Numbered from the stretch's first letter, positions 19,481 to 28,486 are shown. The stretch: DNA of 64,000 bases from an uncultured Gemmatimonadales bacterium (GCA_963783305.1 CAWAMW010000007.1:448001-512000); one strand, 5' to 3'. Numbers and translations: made by a program. Notes: generated from the letters alone by a model not told the origin.

Positions 19481-20341
19481 ATGAGCGAGCAGGGAGGGGC
19501 GGGCGGAAAGCCGACGGTGATCCGGGTCGTCAAGAAGAAGAAGGCCCACGGCGGGCATCACGGCGGCTCCTGGAAAGTGGCCTACGCCGATTTCGTCACC
19601 GCCATGATGGCGTTCTTCCTGGTGATGTGGATCATGGGCATGGAGCAAAACGTCAAGGACATGGTCCAGGGCTATTTCAACAACCCCATCGGCTTCCGGA
19701 AGGCCCAGTCGGGTGGGCGGAACTTCATGTCCGTCGCCAACTCACCCGCCAACATGAACGTGGACCGCGTCATCCTCATGTCCAAGGAGTACCAGCAGGA
19801 AGAGTTCGACCGCGCCCGCGACCAGATCATGGCCAAGCTCGAGGGCAGCCCCGACCTGGAAGGCCTGGCCGACCAGATCGAGATCCTCATCACCGATGAG
19901 GGGCTCCGCATCGAGCTGGTCGAGGACTCCGGCGGCGAGACCTTCTTTCCGTTCGCCTCCGCCAACTTGAAATCGTCCGCTGAGCGGCTCCTCATGCTCA
20001 TCGGACCCGAGCTCGACGCCCTCCGGAACGGCGTGGTGCTCGAAGGCCATACCGACGCCGTGCCCTTCGGCCGTCCCGGCTACACCAACTGGGAGCTCTC
20101 CACCGACCGCGCCCACGCCGCTCGCAGAGCCCTGGAGGCCAGCGGCTACCGCGCCTCCAAGGTCCTCGAGGTCCGCGGCTACGCCGATCGATCGCTCCGC
20201 GTCCCCGACGACCCCCGGGATCCGCGCAACCGTCGCATCACCATGCTCCTCCCGTTCCGCAACCATGTGCTCCCTTCCATCGAGCTGGGAGAACCACGGC
20301 CGCGCAACGACGAAATCAACGTCAGCTACGGATCAGAATGA
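19481..20341 (+). CDS. motB: Flagellar stator MotB
   Basis: WKVAYADFVTAMMAFF; OmpA-like EGHTD...NWELSTDRA...NRRI. Confidence 0.96.
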   Translation: MSEQGGAGGKPTVIRVVKKKKAHGGHHGGSWKVAYADFVTAMMAFFLVMWIMGMEQNVKDMVQGYFNNPIGFRKAQSGGRNFMSVANSPANMNVDRVILMSKEYQQEEFDRARDQIMAKLEGSPDLEGLADQIEILITDEGLRIELVEDSGGETFFPFASANLKSSAERLLMLIGPELDALRNGVVLEGHTDAVPFGRPGYTNWELSTDRAHAARRALEASGYRASKVLEVRGYADRSLRVPDDPRDPRNRRITMLLPFRNHVLPSIELGEPRPRNDEINVSYGSE

Positions 20342-21597
20342 GCACCCACGAGGAGACCCGGCAGATCTATCTCGCGCGTCAGCCCATCTTCGACGACGAG
20401 AGTCGCGTCCACGGCTACGAGCTCCTCTACCGGAGCACCGAGTCCGCCAACTCCGCGGAGGGGCCCACCAGTGCCATGGGACCCAGCATGATGGTGGACT
20501 CCCTCCTCGGCATGGGCCTCGCCGAGGTCACCGGCGGGCGCCCCGCGTACATCAAGGTCTCGCGCCACATGCTGCTCGAGGGCTCCGTCGAGCTCTTCGA
20601 TCCGCACCAGGTCGTCCTGGAGATCCCCGGGACCGTGGAAAGCGATCCCCAGGTCATCGCCGCCCTCGAGTCGCTCTCCAGCGCCGGCTACCGCATCGCC
20701 CTGGATGGGTTCCGCCATACACCCGACTCCGCCGCGCTCCTGCTCCTCGCCACGGTCGTCAAGCTCGACATGCTGCAGCACACTCCCGACCAGCTCCTGG
20801 AGGTCGTCGAGCGCGTCCGGCCCTATGGCCCCGCACTCCTCGCCGAGAAGGTCGAGGATGGGGAGGCGCATCAGCGCGCCAGCCACCTCGGCTTCAGCTA
20901 TTTCCAGGGGTTCCACTTCAGCCGACCCCAGACCCTCGCCCGGCGCGACCTCCCCGTCGAGCAGCTGAACGTCATGCGACTCCTCAACGTCATCAACGAC
21001 CCGGATACCTCCGACCTCGCCCTCGAACGCATCTTCCGCGGAGACATCTCCCTCTCCTACAAGCTCCTCCGCATGGTCAACTCCGCCGCCATGGGCGGCC
21101 GCGGCATCTCCTCCATCGACCACGCCATCCGCCTGCTCGGACGAAAATCACTCTACCGATGGCTCGCCCTCATGCTCGCCTCCGGTGCCTCCAGCAGCGG
21201 CCCCAGGGGGAGCTCGCCCACAGCGCCCTCCTCCGCGCACGCATGGCCGAGACGGATCGCTCTCGAAAGCGGCCACACCGGTGAGGCCCCGGCACTCTAT
21301 CTGACCGGGCTGTTCTCCCGACTCGATGCCCTCCTCGGCGCGCCCATGCCCGACCTCCTCGACCGCCTCGACCTCAGACCCGAGGTCCATCAGGCCCTCT
21401 CCTCCCGCCGCGGACCCCTCGCCCCCGTACTCTCCCTTGTCGAGGCCTACGAGGGCGGCCACTGGCTCGAGCTCCCCGCACTCGTCAAGGCCGCACGCGC
21501 CACCGCCATCGACCTCCGCGAGATCTACATCGACTCCCTCCGCGACGCCGACCGTCACCTCCAGGCGCTCGAGAAGCAGCCCGCGGCAGTGGCGTAG
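20338..21597 (+). CDS. EAL-like/HDOD domain protein (YuxH-like); two compensating indels at about 21205-21252
   Basis: LARQPIFD, YELLYR, LLAEKVE, YFQGFHF, LSYKLLRMVNSA, LTGLFSRLDALL. Confidence 0.88.
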   Translation: MSTHEETRQIYLARQPIFDDESRVHGYELLYRSTESANSAEGPTSAMGPSMMVDSLLGMGLAEVTGGRPAYIKVSRHMLLEGSVELFDPHQVVLEIPGTVESDPQVIAALESLSSAGYRIALDGFRHTPDSAALLLLATVVKLDMLQHTPDQLLEVVERVRPYGPALLAEKVEDGEAHQRASHLGFSYFQGFHFSRPQTLARRDLPVEQLNVMRLLNVINDPDTSDLALERIFRGDISLSYKLLRMVNSAAMGGRGISSIDHAIRLLGRKSLYRWLALMLASGASSSGPRGSSPTAPSSAHAWPRRIALESGHTGEAPALYLTGLFSRLDALLGAPMPDLLDRLDLRPEVHQALSSRRGPLAPVLSLVEAYEGGHWLELPALVKAARATAIDLREIYIDSLRDADRHLQALEKQPAAVA

Positions 21598-21647
21598 CAG
21601 GAGTAGGAGGCAGGAGTAGGAGGCAGGAGTAGGAGGCAGGAGTAGGA
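21597..21647. repeat. 13-bp purine-rich tandem repeat, about 4 copies
   Basis: (gcaggagtaggag)x3 plus gcaggagtagga. Confidence 0.95.
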
Positions 21648-21676
21648 CCCGGCGCCCGCTCGGTGCCGGGTCCTTT
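21644..21676 (+). terminator. Intrinsic terminator after the motAB-HDOD operon
   Basis: aggacccggcgcc-cgctc-ggtgccgggtcct followed by tt. Confidence 0.7.
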
Positions 21677-21684
21677 CCATCCCT

Positions 21685-21718
21685 CAGCGAGCGCAGCGAG
21701 CGGCCCGTTAAAGTCCCG
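21685..21718 (+). repeat. Direct repeat copy 1 (duplicate of the flagellin promoter upstream/-35 segment)
   Basis: cagcgagcgcagcgagcggcccgttaaagtcccg; matches 22537-22571 with 1 substitution and 1 indel. Confidence 0.9.
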
Positions 21719-21778
21719 TGGAGACAAGCTGACGGAGAAGTAACCGGAAGGCGGAAGCAGCAGGCGGGACAGGACGAG

Positions 21779-22462
21779 TCAGAAGTCGCTACGGCTCAGC
21801 GCGTACGCCGCAAACAGCACGATCCCGCCGAGAACGCCGGTACCGGCAGCCGCGGCGGTGCTGCCGGCGCTGGCACCGACGTACAGGCCCTGGTGGAAGC
21901 CGGCTTCCCGGTGGAAGTCCCTGTCTGAACCCGCGCGAGCGTACGCGCCCTCCCACCGGGTGAAGACCGAGAAGTGGTCGGCCATGTTGAGACGGGCTCC
22001 CACCGTCGGACCCCACCCGGTGCCCGAACCGAACCGCTCGTTGATTCCGGTGTCGACGGCGCCCGCCTCGAGCTCGACGCTCATGCGAGGCCTCAGCCAC
22101 CGCCGCGCACGCACCCGGATCCCCGTGAGTGGACCCGGTGAACCGGTCCCGAGGCTCACCGTGCCGCCCAGGGCCCACTCCTGAGTCAGGTTGCGCATGG
22201 CTCCCAGGTGCCACTTCAGCTCGTTCTCGAAGGCCGGGTACTCAGTGGTCACCACCGAGCTCTCGTGGACGAGCGTCGTGGAAGCCACAGCCACCGCACC
22301 CTCGAGCTCGAAGAGCGCAAACCCGCGACACGCCGGCAACGCCTTCCCGCGCCAGCAGAAGGCATCCGGCACCGTCCCGGGCACCGCCTGGCCCTGCAGA
22401 CCCGTGGCGGATGGCGCCAGGAGCCCCACCGCCAACCCAACCGCGACCCGCAGTCCTCTCAT
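21779..22462 (-). CDS. Hypothetical exported protein, possibly a beta-barrel
   Basis: Signal peptide, Cys pair (CWRGKALPAC), alternating beta-strand pattern, hydrophobic C-tail. Confidence 0.7.
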   Translation of the reverse strand: MRGLRVAVGLAVGLLAPSATGLQGQAVPGTVPDAFCWRGKALPACRGFALFELEGAVAVASTTLVHESSVVTTEYPAFENELKWHLGAMRNLTQEWALGGTVSLGTGSPGPLTGIRVRARRWLRPRMSVELEAGAVDTGINERFGSGTGWGPTVGARLNMADHFSVFTRWEGAYARAGSDRDFHREAGFHQGLYVGASAGSTAAAAGTGVLGGIVLFAAYALSRSDF

Positions 22463-22536
22463 GACAGCCCCCTGTCAACACGCCCAATCGCCCGAACATA
22501 CCGCCGCCCCATTCAAACCCGCGACCCGCCCCCCAA

Positions 22537-22571
22537 CAGCGAGCGTCAGCGAGCGACCCGTTAAAGTCCCG
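22537..22571 (+). repeat. Direct repeat copy 2, overlapping the flagellin promoter
   Basis: cagcgagcgtcagcgagcgacccgttaaagtcccg. Confidence 0.9.
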
Positions 22572-22588
22572 ATTCCCCCCGCCGATAT
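22562..22588 (+). promoter_or_regulatory. sigma28 promoter of flagellin
   Basis: TAAA-N15-GCCGATAT. Confidence 0.9.
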
Positions 22589-22624
22589 ACCTCTCAGTCG
22601 GTCGAATGAAGCGGCCGTAAAAGA

Positions 22625-22661
22625 GGGGCAGGGAAGCCCCGCTAACTCTCAGGGATGGAGA
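22625..22661 (+). promoter_or_regulatory. Two CsrA-type GGA-loop hairpins in the flagellin leader
   Basis: ggggc-AGGGAA-gcccc and tctc-AGGGATG-gaga; the second overlaps the RBS. Confidence 0.7.
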
Positions 22662-22668
22662 AACAACC

Positions 22669-23843
22669 ATGCGGATCAACACCAACGTCGCCGCCCTCAA
22701 CTCTCAGCGGATCCTCGGCCAGACGAACGCCGCCGCCGCCAAGCAGATCGGCCGCCTGTCCTCGGGCTTCCGGATCAACCGCGCGGCGGACGACGCCGCC
22801 GGCCTCGGGATCGCGAACAAGCTGCGGGCGGATATCCGCTCCATGACGCAGGCCTCGCGGAACGCCGAGCAGGGCAACTCGCATGCTGCAGGTCACGGAA
22901 GGCGCGGCGCAGACGGTCCAGAACATCGTGGAGCGGATGAAGGAACTGGCGACGCAGGCCGCTTCCGACAACGTCAGGCGACTCCGGCGCGTGTTCAGAT
23001 CGACGCCGAGTTCCAGAAGCTGCGCGAGGAGCTGGACCGGATGGTGGATACCACCAAGTTCCAGGGCGAGAAGCTGCTGGACGGCAGCTTCGGCGCGAAG
23101 CTTAGACGCGGCTGACAGCACGGCCACGACCGCTGCACGACGGCGCAGCGGCTCGGCGGCGAGATTCGTCGACACGACTCCATCAGCCTCGACGGCGCGA
23201 CACCGGAACGTACAGCTCGGTGACATGCAGAGACGGTCCCGATCCGCTGCACAGACGGACGGTCCGAGCAACGACTTCAGCCGGCACCGACGGCACGGAC
23301 AGATGTCGACATTTGACGAGTTCGGAATCAGCTTGGACGTCATGGACGACGTCGCAGGTGACCGGCCTGGCACGCGGGCGCAGCAACATCGATGGCGATG
23401 TGACGTAGTGGCAGCCAGGGCACCTCGACCTTCCTGGTCAGCTCGAGCGGCGACTACAAGACGGCAACGATCTCGTCGTCCCTGAGCCGCTGCTCTGACC
23501 TAGCGCCACTGACACCTGGGAATCGATAGCAGCGCGATTGCAGAGCTCAACGACCGCGTCGAACGCGCAGGAGGCGCTGGACGATGCATCGATGACGCGA
23601 TCGGCACGATCACCGACGCGCTTCGGTGACATTGGTGCCGCGCAGAACCGGCTCGAGTACGCCACGCAGAACGTGAAGACCTCGATCGAGAACTTCGCGG
23701 CGGCGGAGTCCACCATCCGCGACGCCGACATGGCGGCCGAGATGACGGAGCTGAGCCGCGTGCAGATCCTCCAGCAGGCGGGTACGGCCATGCTGGCGCA
23801 GGCCAACCAGGCCCCGCAGGGAGTCCTGCAGCTCCTGCGGTAA
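22669..23843 (+). CDS. fliC: Flagellin with multiple frameshifts as assembled (consensus artefact or pseudogene)
   Basis: Intact N-terminus (MRINTNVAAL...RLSSGFRINRAADDAAGL) and C-terminus (GAAQNRLE...IRDADMAAEM...QANQAPQGVLQLLR); frame switches between about 22880 and 23620. Confidence 0.9.
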
Positions 23844-23882
23844 CCTTCACGCTGGCGGCCCTCGGGCCACGGCAGGAGACGC

Positions 23883-23920
23883 GAACCGGCGTCGGGCTCA
23901 GCCCGGCGCCGGTTCCGTTT
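23883..23920 (+). terminator. Intrinsic terminator after flagellin
   Basis: gaaccggcgtcgggc-tca-gcccggcgccggttc followed by cgttt. Confidence 0.7.
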
Positions 23921-23968
23921 GGCCAGGCTGCGTGGGCCGATTGGACGCCCCGAATGATCTCTCGACGC

Positions 23969-24000
23969 CATGGTAGAAATCAAGGTAGACTTCTACCATG
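23969..24000. promoter_or_regulatory. Perfect inverted repeat, probable VapBC operator
   Basis: CATGGTAGAA-N12-TTCTACCATG, 14 bp upstream of the vapB ATG. Confidence 0.7.
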
Positions 24001-24014
24001 ACGAAAGGGGCACC

Positions 24015-24269
24015 ATGGCACTGAATATCAAGAACGAAGAAACGTACCGTCTGGTGCAGAAACTGGCGGACGAGACGGGGGAGAGCCTCACCGAGGCGGT
24101 GACGGTGGCCGTGCGTGAACGCCTGGAGTCCTTGCACCGGAAGCACCGGCGTCAGGAGGTAGTCCAGAGCGTTCAGGAGATTCAGGAGTTCGTGCGGAGC
24201 CTGCCTGAAGTGGATCGTCGCAGCGCCGAGGATGTCCTCGGATACGACGACTACGGGCTTCCGCGGTAA
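24015..24269 (+). CDS. vapB: VapB antitoxin (Rv0623-like / PSK transcription factor family)
   Basis: MALNIKNEETYRLVQKLADETGESLTEAVTVAVRERL...LGYDDYGLP. Confidence 0.9.
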   Translation: MALNIKNEETYRLVQKLADETGESLTEAVTVAVRERLESLHRKHRRQEVVQSVQEIQEFVRSLPEVDRRSAEDVLGYDDYGLPR

Positions 24270-24274
24270 AGCCG

Positions 24275-24670
24275 ATGGTCATCGATACGTCCGCGCTGCT
24301 GGCGATTCTGCTATCGGAACCCGGAGCGCTGGTCCTTGCGCAGGAGATCGCCGCTGCGGACCGCCGTCTGGTGGGCGCGCCGACACTGGTCGAGGCGGCC
24401 GCGGTCATGCTGGCTCGCAAGGGCAGGGAGGGGGTCATCGCGCTGGACGCGCTTCTCGCCCGCCTCGGCATCGAGATCGTCCCCATGTCACCGGCCGCAG
24501 CCGAGTTCGCCCGGGAAGCCTACAGCCGCTATGGCACGGGCGTCGGTTCGCCCGCCGTCCTGAACTACGGAGACCTCCTCGCGTATGGTGTGGCTCGAGC
24601 GGAAGACGAACCGCTCCTGTTCAAGGGTGAGGACTTCCCTCAGACCGACATCACTTCGACCCGGCGGTAG
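24275..24670 (+). CDS. vapC: VapC PIN-domain toxin
   Basis: MVIDTSALLAIL.EP, LNYGD, LLFKGEDF. Confidence 0.93.
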   Translation: MVIDTSALLAILLSEPGALVLAQEIAAADRRLVGAPTLVEAAAVMLARKGREGVIALDALLARLGIEIVPMSPAAAEFAREAYSRYGTGVGSPAVLNYGDLLAYGVARAEDEPLLFKGEDFPQTDITSTRR

Positions 24671-24782
24671 ACCCGCCTGAGATCGCGCGCCGCGATCAGC
24701 ATTTCCCGGTTCGTGGTTCCTGGCGTCGCGGGAAAGTGCGGTCGGCGGCCTCCGCCGCCGGGTTGAGCACACGCGCGGGCCA

Positions 24783-24840
24783 GCCCCTTCGACGCCGCGC
24801 CTCGCGCGGTCGCCTCGCGCGCAGCGCGGGCGATCGACCC
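24783..24840. repeat. Dispersed two-arm palindromic repeat, copy 1
   Basis: 52/58 identical to 33603-33660; two GC hairpins with 3-nt loops. Confidence 0.9.
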
Positions 24841-24859
24841 TCGAACGGCCATAGCGCCC

Positions 24860-24886
24860 TAAAGTATCCGCCCCCCCGGCCGATCA
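24860..24886 (+). promoter_or_regulatory. sigma28 promoter of fliD
   Basis: TAAA-N15-GCCGATCA. Confidence 0.85.
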
Positions 24887-24946
24887 TCCCGCATAGAAGT
24901 CTCAGATCCACGATCGGGCGGGACGCCGCCCGGAGGACGGAACACA

Positions 24947-27900
24947 GTGGAACCCATCGCCTCGTTCAGCGGCATCGCCAGCGGCGTGCAGTGGCGCGAC
25001 ATGATCGACCAGATTCTCCAGGTCGAGCGTCGCCCCGCACGTCTGCTGGAGCAACAGATCACCCGGACCCAGACGCGCTCCGCGGCCTGGCTCTCGTTCC
25101 AGACCAAGCTGACCGCGTTCCAGGACGCGACGACGCAGCTGGCGGACGGCTCGGTATTCGACACCTTTTCCACCAGCATCTCGGGGAGTGGCTTCAAGGC
25201 CAGCGCTTCCGGCGACGCCTCGCCCGGGTCGTATTCGGTCGAGGTGCTGAAACTGGCGAAGGCCGAAAAGCTCGGCGGCGGCATTGTATCATCGAAGTCC
25301 TCCGCCCTCGGCCTCTCTGGCGAGTTCTGGCTGAACGGGTCGCGGATCGCCATCGACCCGGCAGACACCCTGAGCGACATCGCGTATACCATCAACGCCG
25401 CGAACACCGGAACGAACGCCACGCGCGTCTCCGCGGGCGTCGTGAGCGCGGGCGGCGGGTACCAGATGGTCCTGTCGAGCGAACGCACCGGGGCGGCGGG
25501 GATCGACCTCGCCGGGGATCCCGCGCTGCTCGCCGGCCTCGGCCTCACCGACAGCCAGACCTCCATCAAGCATGCGACGTCCGACGGCGCACAGAGCGAC
25601 GGGTTCGCCAGCACGACCACGGCGATCGGCACGCTCCTCGGCATGACCGCGCCCCCTGCATCGGCCACGATCAACCTTGGCGGCGCGGGCGGGATCGACA
25701 TCGACGTCGACCTGGCGCAGGACAGCCTGGAGGACATCAGCGGTAAGATAAACGGCGCCGGCGGGAGCATCTCGGCGGCGATCATCTCCGAGACCGTCGA
25801 CGGAAAGACGGTCCAGCGGCTGGACATCAGCGGGACCACCACCTTTACCGGCAGCGCCGAGATCCTCACCACGCTCGGTCTCCTGGAGGGCGGCCGCGGC
25901 GCTGTGGCCCAGGAGGTCCAGTCCGGGACGGCGTTCGAGACCGCCACCGGCCTTGCGGACGGCACCACGGCAATTCGCGACCTCTACAGGGCAGGCCAGC
26001 CCGCCAACGCCGACTACGGCGACACGTTCACCATCAGCGGGACCCGGGCGGACGGTAGCACGTTCTCCATGGACCTGGAGCTGACGGACGGGACCACACC
26101 GCCCACACAGGCCGGTCACATCGCCGTCACCACGCTCGAGGACGTGCGTGCGCACCTCGCCGGCGCCAGCGGCTTCGGCGCCAGCGCCGACGTGTCGATC
26201 CAGGACGGGCGGCTCGTGGTCACCGACAGCGCGGGCGGCGCCAGCCAGCTCGGACTCTCCATCGTGTCTCACAACGAAAAGGGCGGCGCGCTCGATTTCG
26301 GCGCGTTCGACGTGACCACCGTCGGCCGCGCGCGCGAGATCGTGGACGGGAGCGATGCCGCCGTTCGGATCGACGGCATCTACTCCACGCACTCCACGAA
26401 CAGCGTCTCCGGCTCGATCCCCGGCGTCAGCCTAACATTGTCGGCGGTAACGACGGAGCCGGGCGCGGTCACCATTTCGCGGGACACCGACGCCGTCGTC
26501 AAGGCGGTGAAGGGGCTGGTGGATGGCTACAACGACATCGCCGCTTTCGTCACCGACCAGTTCAGCGGGGGCGAGGGCTCGAACAAGCCGCTGTCGGGCG
26601 ACAGCAGCCTCCGGGGGTTTCGCAGCCGCCTGTCGAACGCCATGCGGGAGACGCTGACCACGGGTGTTGGCGGAGAGTGGTCGCGGCTGTCGGACCTGGG
26701 CGTGGAGATCAAGAAGGATGGCACGTTCGGGTTCGAGGAGTCGAAGCTGCGGGACGCGCTGGCGAGCGACCCGATGGCCGTCGAGCGGCTGTTCGGCGTG
26801 CACGGCGCCACCAGCGGTACCGGGATCCGGTACATCGCTGGCTCCAAAAGCACTGGCTCCGGGAGCTACACGGTGAACGTCACGCAGCACGCCACCACTG
26901 CACTCCTGACCGGCACCGCCGACGTCTCCGGTGGCTACGACCCCGCGGTCTCCGGCACGGACACGTTGAAGATCACAGACCTCGCCAGCGGGAAGACCTA
27001 CGATGTGGCCCTGGACACCGCGTATGGCACCGGACAGGAGCTGGTGAACGCCCTCAACGCCAGCCTGGGCGAGGTAACGACGCACCAGCTCCAGACCGTG
27101 TCGGCGCTACACGCCGACGGTATCGGGACGCCCGCGGGCGAGGACACCACCTGGGACCAGGTCTACAACGGCGACGGGACCGACGCGCTGGTAGCAGAAG
27201 ACGACGCGATCACCATCAGCGGTCGCCGCCCCGACGGCACCTCGTTCATGGAGACGTTCCAGATCACGGAGCCGACCACGCAGACGCTGGGTGATCTGCG
27301 CGACCGGGTCCAGAACCTGGTCGGCGCGGATGCCACGGTCGGGATCGACGCGAATGGCCGGTTCCTGGTCACGGCGAACAAGGCGGGGTCGAGCCTGCTG
27401 GAGCTCACCCTCAGCTACGACAACAAGGGCGGCACCGGCGCGCTCCAGCTCGGCACGGAGGTAGCCACGGAGGGACACCCGGCAGCGCCGATCCAGGCGT
27501 CGCTGTCTGCGACGAACACGCTCCAGCTGACCCACCAGGACTACGGCTCTTCCGCCGGACTACGCGTCGCCTTCGACACCGGGAACGCCGCCGCCGCATT
27601 CGGGCTCGACACCACCCTCGACCATACGGGGCAGGACATCGAGGGCACCATCGGCGGCATGGCCACCACCGGCTCAGGCAGTGTATTGACCGGCGCGGAG
27701 GGCACCGGCGTGGAGGGGCTCATGCTCAGGATCGAGGACACCTTCACGACCGGATCCGTCACGTTCAGCCGCGGCATCGGCTCACTGGTGGAGAGGGCCC
27801 TGGCGCCCATGCTCGAGACCGGCACCGCGGGCTCCATCCAGAGCATCATCGACGGCCTCGACGAGCGGGTGACCACCATGAACGACCGCATCGACGCCCT

Positions 27901-28048
27901 CGATGTCCGCCTCGACCGGCGTCGCGAGAGCCTGATCCGTCGATTCACGGCCATGGAGCAGGCCATGGCCATCGCGCAGAACCAGTCGTCCTGGCTCATG
28001 TCCCAGATCGGATCGCTGCCAGGGTCGTACTCAAGTAACGCGAAGTAG
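24947..28048 (+). CDS. fliD: Flagellar filament cap protein FliD, enlarged (1033 aa)
   Basis: FSGIASGVQWRDMIDQILQVER N-terminus; LVDGYND...LSGDSSLR, LIRRFTAMEQAM C-terminus. Confidence 0.92.
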   Translation: MEPIASFSGIASGVQWRDMIDQILQVERRPARLLEQQITRTQTRSAAWLSFQTKLTAFQDATTQLADGSVFDTFSTSISGSGFKASASGDASPGSYSVEVLKLAKAEKLGGGIVSSKSSALGLSGEFWLNGSRIAIDPADTLSDIAYTINAANTGTNATRVSAGVVSAGGGYQMVLSSERTGAAGIDLAGDPALLAGLGLTDSQTSIKHATSDGAQSDGFASTTTAIGTLLGMTAPPASATINLGGAGGIDIDVDLAQDSLEDISGKINGAGGSISAAIISETVDGKTVQRLDISGTTTFTGSAEILTTLGLLEGGRGAVAQEVQSGTAFETATGLADGTTAIRDLYRAGQPANADYGDTFTISGTRADGSTFSMDLELTDGTTPPTQAGHIAVTTLEDVRAHLAGASGFGASADVSIQDGRLVVTDSAGGASQLGLSIVSHNEKGGALDFGAFDVTTVGRAREIVDGSDAAVRIDGIYSTHSTNSVSGSIPGVSLTLSAVTTEPGAVTISRDTDAVVKAVKGLVDGYNDIAAFVTDQFSGGEGSNKPLSGDSSLRGFRSRLSNAMRETLTTGVGGEWSRLSDLGVEIKKDGTFGFEESKLRDALASDPMAVERLFGVHGATSGTGIRYIAGSKSTGSGSYTVNVTQHATTALLTGTADVSGGYDPAVSGTDTLKITDLASGKTYDVALDTAYGTGQELVNALNASLGEVTTHQLQTVSALHADGIGTPAGEDTTWDQVYNGDGTDALVAEDDAITISGRRPDGTSFMETFQITEPTTQTLGDLRDRVQNLVGADATVGIDANGRFLVTANKAGSSLLELTLSYDNKGGTGALQLGTEVATEGHPAAPIQASLSATNTLQLTHQDYGSSAGLRVAFDTGNAAAAFGLDTTLDHTGQDIEGTIGGMATTGSGSVLTGAEGTGVEGLMLRIEDTFTTGSVTFSRGIGSLVERALAPMLETGTAGSIQSIIDGLDERVTTMNDRIDALDVRLDRRRESLIRRFTAMEQAMAIAQNQSSWLMSQIGSLPGSYSSNAK

Positions 28049-28057
28049 CGCCGATAT
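28031..28057 (+). promoter_or_regulatory. sigma28 promoter of fliS, overlapping the fliD stop
   Basis: TCAA-N15-GCCGATAT. Confidence 0.75.
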
Positions 28058-28090
28058 CTGATGCAGGATGGACCACCACGGAGCGGACTG

Positions 28091-28486
28091 ATGTATACCC
28101 AGCAGCGACAGACGGCCTATCAGGACAACGAAGTGCTCGGAGCGAGCAGGGAGCGCCTCGTGCCCATGCTCTACGAAGGGCTCCTGAAGAACCTGCGGAA
28201 GGCCGGCAAGCAGATCGGCGTTGGTGACCTGGAGGGGAAGTCCGAGAGCCTCCAGAAAGCCTCCGCCATCGTCTACGAGCTCCTGAGTTCCCTCGATTTC
28301 GATGCGGGCGGTGAGCTGGCCTCGCGCCTCGCCGGCCTGTACGGCTATTTCGCCCGTGAGATCATGGAAGTCGGTCGCACCCTCGACCGGATCCGACTCG
28401 ACGGTCTGGTGGAGATGATCGACGGGCTGCACCAGGCGTGGGATGAGGCGGCGAAGAAGGTCGCTGCCGGCGAGCGGGCCTCGTGA
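28091..28486 (+). CDS. fliS: Flagellin chaperone FliS
   Basis: AYQDNEVLGASRERLVPMLYEG, SLDFDAGGELASRLAGLYGY. Confidence 0.93.
   Translation: MYTQQRQTAYQDNEVLGASRERLVPMLYEGLLKNLRKAGKQIGVGDLEGKSESLQKASAIVYELLSSLDFDAGGELASRLAGLYGYFAREIMEVGRTLDRIRLDGLVEMIDGLHQAWDEAAKKVAAGERAS

Noticed and set aside
21597..21647. Possible CRISPR array
   Set aside because: Contiguous 13-bp tandem units with no spacers; no cas genes in the window
24783..24840. Integron attC interpretation of the palindromic repeats
   Set aside because: No RYYYAAC/GTTRRRY ends, no cassette array and no integrase
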